DNA of 64,000 bases from Chromatiales bacterium (ex Bugula neritina AB1) (GTDB lineage Bacteria; Pseudomonadota; Gammaproteobacteria; Granulosicoccales; Granulosicoccaceae), in the NCBI GenBank assembly GCA_001730015.1, contig MDLA01000168.1, positions 35,741 to 99,740 on the forward strand. The letters run 5' to 3'. Positions 51,160 to 58,866 of the stretch are shown here, in pieces. How positions within the stretch are numbered: position 1 is the first letter of the stretch; each line of letters begins with the position of its first letter. A model generated the notes under the pieces. It was not told the DNA's origin and did not search any database. It saw nothing but the letters and a program-made list of their open reading frames with translations. A program made the position numbers and the translations under genes.

Positions 51160-51678
51160 TTGGCGAACCCGCGAAATGACCTATCGTATGTTAGGGCAAC
51201 GAAACCGCTACGCGGGTTATCGAGTCTATGTGGCACAGGAAGTGAGGAAGAGTTCCTGCAGTTTTACAGCAAAGGAAATCTGGCTGGGATACTAGGAGGG
51301 AAAACGTTCCGCGATGATATAAAAGAAAGGGAAGATGAGCTACGGGTGTCAGGCGACCTGTCTGAGGAATTGTCGGAACGACCAGACTTGAAGTCAATAG
51401 TCTCAGCAGTAGCCAAAGTATTTAAAACGACACAAGTCGAAATAGTAAAAAATGAACGAGGGCGGAATCCACAAGTGACAATTGCACGGCAACTCGCGGT
51501 CTACTGCTGCCAGCAACTCGGGGATCTGTCCTTGCGTGAAATAGCAGAGAATTTCAATTTCACCAATCAGGGCAGTGTATCAGGAGCGATAACAGCGACG
51601 AAACGACGTCTGGAGAACGGGGAATTAACCAGCGACTATAGGAAGCTGGAAAAATTGTTTGATAAGGCATCTAAATAG
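51160..51678 (+). pseudogene. C-terminal part of an IS200/Y1-transposase-like protein with a DnaA_C-type HTH (N-terminal catalytic domain missing)
   Basis: ERPDLKSIVSAVAKVFKTTQVEIVKNERGRNPQVTIARQLAVYCCQQLGDLSLREIAENFNFTNQGSVSGAI matches the Bac_DnaA_C-like tail of REP-associated or IS200-like transposase-family proteins. No Y1 domain lies upstream. Confidence 0.45.
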
Positions 51679-52330
51679 CGTAATAGGATTGACCCCTTAT
51701 ACATTTTCCAAAAATATCTCTAATACTGTAATTTATTCCATGCTCACCAAATGAATCACGTTCACTATTGAGTAGCCTAACACTTGGGAAACGAACTCCA
51801 GAGAACCCGGCTTCTTGCGCATCCATGCCTAGAGCATCGGTATAAGAATTTCCCCCAGAAGCCGCACTTAATAAGAAACGAAATAGAGATATATGATCAA
51901 TATCATGATGAAAATCGATTTGAAGACTACCTCTTGAAAGAATTTGATAGAGTGTTGGTCCGAACGTAAAATCACATAATCCAGAGTGTTCAATATCACA
52001 ACTTAGTAATATTTTATCGTCCCATACTGAGAGGGATTCGTTTTCAGTAGGTAGTTCCTTTCGGTCGGAGTCATAGTAACAAATTTCTGCTATCGCGCCA
52101 TCAACCGTATTTGAAAAGAAAAATCCCGAAAAACTTCCACGAGGTGCAAATCTATACTGCGCACTCCAAGTTCGATACGATTCGATAAAGTTCAGATAAA
52201 ACCGTTCTGGTGCGCTTTCAAAGTGTTGCGCACTATGAAATCGATAACGTTTATCTGTACTAGTGCATAATTTGGTATTTTTTTTGATTTTTTTTAGTTC
52301 ACTTGAGATCGGGCTATTATTGATTTTCAT
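51671..52330 (-). CDS. RES-domain protein (NAD+-targeting toxin family) without an adjacent Xre/ParS-type antitoxin
   Basis: YRFAPRGSFSGFFFSNTVDGAIAEICYY fits the R...G...Y/F.S....A..E block. GFSGVRFPSVR...GINYSI fits the G..G..(V/F)PS....N block. The coding sequence is AT-rich and its 3' end overlaps the convergent stump at 51160..51678 by 8 nt. Confidence 0.55.
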   Translation of the reverse strand: MKINNSPISSELKKIKKNTKLCTSTDKRYRFHSAQHFESAPERFYLNFIESYRTWSAQYRFAPRGSFSGFFFSNTVDGAIAEICYYDSDRKELPTENESLSVWDDKILLSCDIEHSGLCDFTFGPTLYQILSRGSLQIDFHHDIDHISLFRFLLSAASGGNSYTDALGMDAQEAGFSGVRFPSVRLLNSERDSFGEHGINYSIRDIFGKCIRGQSYYAI

Positions 52331-52615
52331 AATACGCTGAGCGCCATATACAATCTAAGTTTAATCCAAGTGCCACCGATATATGCTTGATCACACGGAT
52401 CTGCGTCAGATATTCGTGCGGCTAATGACTATTTCAAGATTCCTTTCACAGAACACAGAAAAACAGCGGATGAAAGCTGTCCTGTCACATTTAGCAAGAA
52501 ATATCTACTGATCTTGCTGATTCGCACTTCCTTGATTGTTGCAATGGAAATTAGTACAACCGGCACAATAGCAGACAGTGAACAGAATCCAAACAAAGTT
52601 CTGTCACGTTACACC

Positions 52616-52661
52616 CTAATCAGGCCACCGGTTTAAACCGAAAACGGGGCGGCCTGATTAG
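52616..52661. repeat. long inverted repeat / hairpin in a 720-bp ORF-free spacer
   Basis: CTAATCAGGCCACC and its partner GGCGGCCTGATTAG pair at 13 of 14 positions around an 18-nt loop. No adjacent U-tract is present on either strand. Confidence 0.6.
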
Positions 52662-53051
52662 CGTGAAAAGTGAGAATTAACATAGGTGCCAATCATTGTG
52701 GCGAAATGGTGCTGCATGAGATCGCAGATATCTCCGATATTCAAGCACTTGTCAATTGACCAACTGAGTATCAAGGTTAACGGATAGTAAAGAGTTGGCC
52801 CTTACGAATTCCCCTAGAAATCGGACGTTCCCAATAAAACAGAATATGGCAGCCTTTGGCCGAATCCTGCCGATAGTTGCCAGATTTTTCAGGTTTGTCA
52901 ATAACCCATGTGGGTGACTAGTCAATTGGGCGGCATTTCCGAACGTAGACCGGCAGGTGTGTGCCCATTGCGGACGGTCACCGATAAGCTCCAACCGTTC
53001 AATTTTAGTCTCAAGATTGAACAAATCCCTAAGAAATCGGTTAACAGTCCC

Positions 53052-53819
53052 CTACGTCTCAAGCTCCAAATCAGCCATGGAGAACTCTAATATATCTGTT
53101 GATTCCTTCTCTCCTAAGCTAGAGCGTCTGTCAGAGGCAACCAAGGTAAGAGTGTCATTCCCCAGCGCCCAGTCCACCATTCGTAAATAAAAAACCGTTC
53201 CTTGTCTGGCACCTAATATCAGGTCTTCAAGGTCTTCGTCTGAAAGAGAAGCAGAAGTAACAGCTTCAACTAATTGATCCCCATGTGGTAGTGTCTCATG
53301 TTGATGTAAAACAAGGAACTTAGTATTGTCACGATTCATAAAGTCGGCAGATAGAGCTTGTTTTACAGCGGGCTTTGCACACCCATCAGCTATATTTTCT
53401 AAAATCAAAGCAGCCCCTATTCGAATGAAGGGTCTTTCATCTACTACAGAATTAAAGTAGGCATGCCACAGGGAGACATCAAACGGCTCAGGTAATATTT
53501 CTAAATCTAAAGCTCGTAGATCAGAGGCAGCTACCAAGTAGTGTAGTTCTTCTTCATTCGCAAATGAGGTGAAGAATTTGCGTAACTTTCTTTTGCGAGC
53601 CAATTTTGGACTTGCGGCAACTCTGAAGAAGTACCTTTGCACACCCTTTGTCATATGGTACTGAAAAGTCAAATAGCGCTGATAAGATTCAATTTTTGGG
53701 GTATCAGATACCAGATAACCTTCAAGCTTGTCTTTGAACAATTCCTGAGCATTTGTTATCAGTGCCTCAATTTGATTCAAGTATGAATCTGAACTCCACT
53801 GTGTCTTGGCCAATTTCAC
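53052..53819 (-). CDS. heme-oxygenase-like fold protein (Haem_oxygenas_2/HDO-like putative diiron oxidase; inferred)
   Basis: The 255-aa protein looks all-helical. Candidate metal ligands are an ExxH motif (E90..H93 in NEEELHY), E141 (LILENIADG) and HQHETLPHGD (H172, H174, E175, H179, D181). It lies 22 nt downstream of the GNAT gene, which suggests an operon. Confidence 0.5.
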   Translation of the reverse strand: MKLAKTQWSSDSYLNQIEALITNAQELFKDKLEGYLVSDTPKIESYQRYLTFQYHMTKGVQRYFFRVAASPKLARKRKLRKFFTSFANEEELHYLVAASDLRALDLEILPEPFDVSLWHAYFNSVVDERPFIRIGAALILENIADGCAKPAVKQALSADFMNRDNTKFLVLHQHETLPHGDQLVEAVTSASLSDEDLEDLILGARQGTVFYLRMVDWALGNDTLTLVASDRRSSLGEKESTDILEFSMADLELET

Positions 53820-53841
53820 TGCCTCATTCTGAAATACAAGT

Positions 53842-54456
53842 CTAAAGGTATGGCGATCTTATCTGCCTTAGGTGTTCTTTGTCGAGCGCATCAAGGTATA
53901 GCAACACCTGCGGTCCTGCATACTGGTCATGGTACTCCTCAGCTATCTGTCTCCATCCGTATCTGATAAAAAGTGACCTCAACTTTGGCGAAGTATGAAT
54001 CAAACCGTAGGTCCACTCCCGTTTGACGCAATAGTCGAAGCAGAATCTAAAGATGTGTTGTATCGATTTAGCCCCATCCATACTACTACACCTTACGAGG
54101 CGAGACAGAATCACAATGCTGTCCTCGGATTTATCACAAGATGCTTTTTGGGAAACGAAGGCACTAAAATAATCAATGTTGTTTGCAATTGCGACTGGCG
54201 TCAAGCGAAGTGCTGAAAGCAAATTCCCATCTTCGGAAAAAGCTACTATGTGAACAGACTGTGCGTCAGCTTCATCAAACAAGAGTTGGTTGTCATGATC
54301 AGCTGTAGGATATTTCTTTCCTTGCTCTTGAACATATTGTTCGTATCTCAATTTGCCAACACTATCAGGCAATGACAATCCATTTATCACACTCACAGAA
54401 AATCTATTCAAAGCGAAACCCTCTCGACTCTCACAACGCTTATCATTGTCATACAT
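53842..54456 (-). CDS. LuxI/FeeM-like GNAT N-acyltransferase (N-acyl amino acid / acyl-homoserine-lactone synthase superfamily; inferred)
   Basis: The 204-aa protein carries LRYEQYVQEQGKKYP...LLFDEAD...VHIVAFSEDGNLLSALRL. Its C-terminal GLIHTSPKLRSLFIRYGWRQIAEEYHDQYAGPQVLLYLD follows the pattern of Acetyltransf_5/Autoind_synth-type enzymes. Confidence 0.55.
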   Translation of the reverse strand: MYDNDKRCESREGFALNRFSVSVINGLSLPDSVGKLRYEQYVQEQGKKYPTADHDNQLLFDEADAQSVHIVAFSEDGNLLSALRLTPVAIANNIDYFSAFVSQKASCDKSEDSIVILSRLVRCSSMDGAKSIQHIFRFCFDYCVKREWTYGLIHTSPKLRSLFIRYGWRQIAEEYHDQYAGPQVLLYLDALDKEHLRQIRSPYL

Positions 54457-54992
54457 TTAGAGCATCGCCCAAAATCAGCTCGACTGAACGTCTTTGAGAA
54501 AGAATCGGTATGTGCAGTGTCGCAGTGTCGTGGGGTTTTTGGCATGTACGGTAGAGTGGAGATTGCTCTGTTGATCAGACAATACTGCTAAAGATGACTT
54601 CATATACTCCGTTCCCTGGCAGTTCCTGCTCTTCATCTAAACGTAATTATACAGAACCGTGGCTTATCTACTTGTCTCTTACAACACGGTTTGAGAGTTA
54701 TTTCAAATGCACTCGATCACAAAACTCGAACGAGATTCTTCGCAATGCACCAACTGCTACTGTGGGAAACTCATATCTAAGTAATAAGTAACTAATTCCC
54801 ACAATATCCCAATGAGCGAACGACCGGTTTTGGCCGATTCCTGCCTGATTGTCTTGAGCCTAGCCTGACACTGTGCGTAGATTGCGGGCAGGTTTGACAT
54901 CTTATGTTGTAACATCTTCTGTGATCAATAGTAACTTTGTTTCCGTGCGGAATCTTCCACCTCGCTGCTATGCTGATAGGCAGTATTTGGCG

Positions 54993-57769
54993 TTAGTGGA
55001 AAGTGGGGCCGCTCCGTTTTCGTGATTGTTGGTGTTGTTGTGTCATCCATTCTGACCACAACGGTCCACGCAACTCGGTCGGCGCCATATAGAGTTGAGC
55101 ACGATGCTTGTGACGGGTCATGGAAACGTAGGCCAGATGTTTATCCATGGTTTTGGAGGCCAGCACAAATGTGTGATCGACGCTCGCCCCTTGGCTTTTG
55201 TGAATGGTGGTGGCGTATCCATGATCAAAATCAGCGTAGTGCCTCGGTGAAAAACTCACCAATCGCCCCTCAGCAGCGCCGTCGCTGTCGAGGCACAGTA
55301 ATCTCATCACCGATTGATTCCACCGAGCCAATCATGCCATTGCGAACGTTTAAATCACGATCGTTTTTTGTCAGCAGTAGTCGATCACCCACAGCAATAG
55401 AACGCAGCCCGTGAGCAGTGTTAACCCGATGTTCCTCTTCGAAGTCACCGCGTTGCTGTTTGCCCGAACGAATTGTTTGATTAATCTTGTGTACATCCAC
55501 CCGTCGGTGCGCCAACGCCAGCCGCCGGTGTCGGACGCCGCTCTCTCGTTCATCGGCCAAATAGTCACGAGCCAACGCTTCAATCGCCTGAGCTTGATCA
55601 TCACGACGGTGCACGTCACCATTGGTATCGTAAGCCGCCAGTGCCGCACTGATGTGACCGCGAGCCAGTTGAACAGAGGCTTGTCGTTGCCAGGATGATG
55701 ATTGCCGACGAATTTCACTAAGCTCGGCGGTGTTAACCAGTCGAGTCATATTACGTAGCGGAGTGCCCGCATTTATGGGTTGGAGTTGTTCTGGATCACC
55801 GACGAGCACTAGCTTTGCCCCCGCCGCTGTTACGTGATTGACTACTTCAACCATCTGGTGTGTACCGACCATGCCAGCTTCATCCAGCACCAGCACATCG
55901 CCAGCATTAAGTGTGTGCTTGCCGTTTTTCCAACTATACATCCAGGAAGCTAAGGTTCTGCTGTCAATTCCCGAGGCCGTTTGCAATCCGTCGGCTGCTT
56001 TTCCTGCGATGGCCGCACCGATAACTCGACAACCTTGTTTCGTCCACGCCTGATGAGCCGCTGCCAGCATCGTACTTTTACCCGCACCCGCCAACCCGAC
56101 CACCACACTCAACTGCTGCGCGCCCACAATGTGTCGAATGGCTTGATCTTGTTCATCACTTAGGGATGCACCAACCCGGTTCTGAAGTTGAGAGTTTTGA
56201 TGTGAGATCGCGTCATCAACATGGTGAGAGGCCACGCCGTGGCAGCTATTTCTGTCCATCGCTAGCACCTCTTCACGTAACTTGTCGCTGAGCGCCTGCA
56301 GAGTCCGAGTGGTATACCGAGGGTTTGCATCGTTGGTGACGAGTACCAATTCATCTGACTGCAGGGTTTGTTCTACGGCCTGCTGGAGGGCTACCGGGTA
56401 TTCAATGTAGTGGCCCAGTCTTCGCACAATATCGTTGCGGGTAAAGAACTCATTCTTGTCGCTAATCAACTCCAGAATGGTCTCTGGTGATTGTTGAATT
56501 GTTAGTCGAGCGGATACGGCTACTTCATCAACCGGTAGAATCAGCGGTTGCATCGGGTCGACTTGTAAACTGCGACCCACAGCGTGGTTGAGTGTTTTTT
56601 GCGTAAGTGCATGGCGAAAACGCATAGGTTCCGCCTGGGCCTGCAGAGTTCGGCGCTCGTATAACTGCCTCTGTATAAGGGTTTCTTGTTCTTCGCGATC
56701 TAATTCGTCGAGTTCATCCAGACGCTGCGCTCTTTGTTGCTTCCCAATTGTTTGAGCTTGTCCTGTTACGCGTTGCCACAACGCACGCAACCCATGAGGT
56801 TGATCTATGTCACTTTGTTCAAACGCCGCTGCGCGCCGCTGTTTTTGATTTGTATCAAGATCAGCACGTGCTGCTCGTTGCGCGGTGGCAAGTGTTTTTC
56901 TTTTGGTCTCGAATGCCGCCAAATCGAGATCGATTATCGTGTCGGCGTCCTTGCATTGTATTTGCAAATCATCGCTGGGCTGTGTGTGTAGTAGTGCAAC
57001 TGCCCCAGCCACATTAGGCAAGCTATCGGGCATACCCAAACGCGCCCGAACATCTTTGGCTTTTGCGCCCAGCCAGCGCGACAATGCGTAAACTTCTCCA
57101 AATCGGTCTACAGCAACATGACCACGTCGATCCCCTTTAGCCAGAATGAAACCTCGCTCTTTTAGAGCATGGGCAAACGCCGTTCGGGAATCTGAGGCCT
57201 CCCAGCAGCTACGAAATGACTTTTTTTAGCTCTTGTGGATTTTGCTTTACACGGACTGCCTGTTGTTTCTCACCTTGGCTGAAACTGAGCGGATCGCGTA
57301 AATTTTTATCCTAAAACCCTACTGGCATTTCCCAGCCGTGCTCCAGGTAGAGTTGGCGGGAGATGTCCCGCAGCTTCATCTTAAAGTGCGGAAGATTAAT
57401 GCTCTTCATCGTATCAGCGTCGATCCGTGACCAGACGCAATGCGCGTGGCGACGACCGTACTTTTCATGTAAAACCACCGCACGAGGCTGATCGCTTAGA
57501 CCCAGTTTGCTTTCGATACTCGAAAGGGTAGCTTTGAAAACATCTATTTGGACGTTAGCGCTCTCTGGCGGGTTCAGACTGAGTGAAAACAGAAATTGCT
57601 GACACTTAGTACCTCTCGATACTGCGTGCGCCTCTTTGAATGCGTCTGGAAGATTGTCGGAGACAAACCCGCGCAACTGGTGAACGGTCACATGATCATT
57701 GTCATCCGTATTGAGCAGATGACGGGCAAGCTGGCTGCCGCCACCACGCTGCGATCCTTTTAAGATCAT
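54993..57769 (-). pseudogene. relaxase (N-terminal nuclease domain) fused to a TraA/RecD-like P-loop helicase, disrupted at three sites
   Basis: The pieces are 57769-57311 (MILKGSQRGGG...HEKYGRRHAHCVWSRID), 57310-57085, 57084-55270 (VVGLAGAGKSTML...VLVLDEAGMV) and 55331-54993 (DHGYATTIHKSQGASVD...YVSMTRH). The lesions are an in-frame TAG at 57311-57313, a 1-nt frame change at the T7 run 57221-57227, and a 1-nt frame change near 55302. Confidence 0.8.
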
Positions 57770-58218
57770 GATAGGGAGGATTTGTCGCGCAGACCGACGG
57801 CGGTGACCAGTGTGACGCGCATCTCCTGTATGTAGCGATACGCCTCCTCAATCTGTTCCAGTACCTCGGTGTTGACAATCAACGTGCCGCAATTGGCGTG
57901 ATGTGCAAGTTGGTTGAGGTTGTTGGCGATACGCGTTTGACCGAGTGGGGCCAGTAATTTCGCAAAGGCTTGCTGGTCCGCTACAGGCTGGTACCTCGCG
58001 CGACTTCGTTTTGATCGCTGCGAGCCAAACAGGCATTCGCGAATGTAGGCACTGACAGGTTGACCGGCCGATAGCTTTTTCAGCTGAGCGCGTTCCTCGT
58101 CTGTCACACGTAGTGTGATCGGTGAGGAGGCAATCCTTCGGCGAGCCTGCGGCTTTACGCTTTCAGAAAATGTGGCGTGTAAGCTTGAGGATTGTGCCTT
58201 TTTCGTCTCGGAAGTCAC
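57766..58218 (-). CDS. mobC: MobC-family relaxosome accessory protein
   Basis: RVTDEERAQLKKLS (RHH-like) and IANNLNQLAHHAN (the MobC NLNQ block) are present. Its stop overlaps the relaxase start by 4 nt. Confidence 0.8.
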   Translation of the reverse strand: MTSETKKAQSSSLHATFSESVKPQARRRIASSPITLRVTDEERAQLKKLSAGQPVSAYIRECLFGSQRSKRSRARYQPVADQQAFAKLLAPLGQTRIANNLNQLAHHANCGTLIVNTEVLEQIEEAYRYIQEMRVTLVTAVGLRDKSSLS

Positions 58219-58442
58219 AGGGATGGCTCCCTGTTAAGAGTTCCGGCAGATGGGGATCCGTTCTTCGGTGTACTTGCCTCTATAGGTGAAGAAGAGGGCG
58301 AAACAGTCCGGAAACACTGTTCGGACGGTACAAATTTGTCTTCTTCAACCAAGTTGCCGATCTCAATTTCCTCGGCCTTGATATGGCGATTCCAGTCCTC
58401 TAGGATGGAGAAAAGAGAGTTCGAAGTTAATCCGCCAAACTC

Positions 58443-58485
58443 CACCACATCTAATTTTACCACCACACAAATCTCTCCTAACACC
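58443..58485 (+). repeat. right direct repeat (attR-like)
   Basis: CCACCACATCTAATTTTACCACCACACAAATCTCTCCTAACAC is the copy of 49808-49849. Confidence 0.8.
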
Positions 58486-58866
58486 CTGGAAGGTAACGAA
58501 GCTTCGGGTGTTCGAAAACCACAATCTGTACAGGCATGGCAACGCCAATTAAATCGCTCGCATACTGCGCCAAATATTTGCAACCACTAAATGTGACCCT
58601 CATCGTCCAGGTAGATTGGCTCACGACAATCTCCACCTGACGTAACATGATAGATCGCGCCAGCGAATTCAATTCGTAGGGATCTTGCCATTGATCGCGA
58701 TTACAATGTTAATCAAATTGCCGTAAGGAAAAACCTGACCCTCTATTTTTTGTGTCATGACGTACAAGTAGCCATCGACCAGCTCATGACGAACCTCCCC
58801 CTGACTTTCCCAATCCAGGTACTCGGCAGGAGTTAATTTTGGCAATGATTCCGGGGTTGCATACAT
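58478..58866 (-). pseudogene. Uma2-family endonuclease remnant (internal deletion and frame change)
   Basis: The N-terminal piece 58866-58669 (LTPAEYLDWESQGEVRHELVDGYLYVMT) is a typical Uma2 start. A C-terminal-like piece continues in another frame (58672-58478). The central catalytic region is missing. The 3' end runs into the right direct repeat. Confidence 0.5.

Larger units (their letters stand above)
49850..58442. mobile_element. decayed integrative mobilizable element / genomic island at the tRNA 3' end (no integrase left)
   Basis: It is bracketed by the 42/43-bp direct repeat. It contains mobC, a broken relaxase-helicase gene, truncated gene stumps and an AT-rich cargo segment (about 51.7-54.9 kb). 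Housekeeping synteny stops at the tRNA. Confidence 0.7.

Noticed and set aside
52752-53024. 90-aa ORF directly downstream of the heme-oxygenase-like gene
   Set aside because: It has no RBS, runs through short repeated DNA motifs, and translates to low-information sequence typical of repeat elements. It is treated as non-coding.
53027-53051. Integron attC / VCR-like sequence (GGGGACTGTTAACC on the minus strand resembles the GGGACTGTCAAC part of Vibrio cholerae repeats)
   Set aside because: I could not find the paired R''/L''-L'/R' symmetric structure or a second inverse core at attC-like distance. No IntI integrase or attI lies nearby, so the resemblance is limited to about 12 nt.
57221-57227. 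Possible programmed ribosomal frameshift at the A-rich run (CUA AAA AAA GUC on the coding strand) in the relaxase gene
   Set aside because: Restoring the downstream frame needs a +1 shift. The known A_AAA_AAG slippery heptamer promotes -1 and would operate in the opposite direction here. The gene also has an in-frame TAG and another frameshift, so decay is the simpler explanation.
58421-58450. Possible degenerate second tRNA 3' half (GAGTTCGAAGTTAATCCGCCAAACTCCACCA) extending the right repeat
   Set aside because: Only GTTCRAA, TCC and CCACCA match the tRNA T-arm and acceptor. The alignment needs a 4-nt gap and many mismatches, so it is too weak to call.
58192-58590. 132-aa (+) and 122-aa (-) ORFs covering the mobC-upstream gap and the right direct repeat
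   Set aside because: They are mutually overlapping, have no recognisable motifs, and lie where oriT and att sequences are expected. They are likely non-coding.
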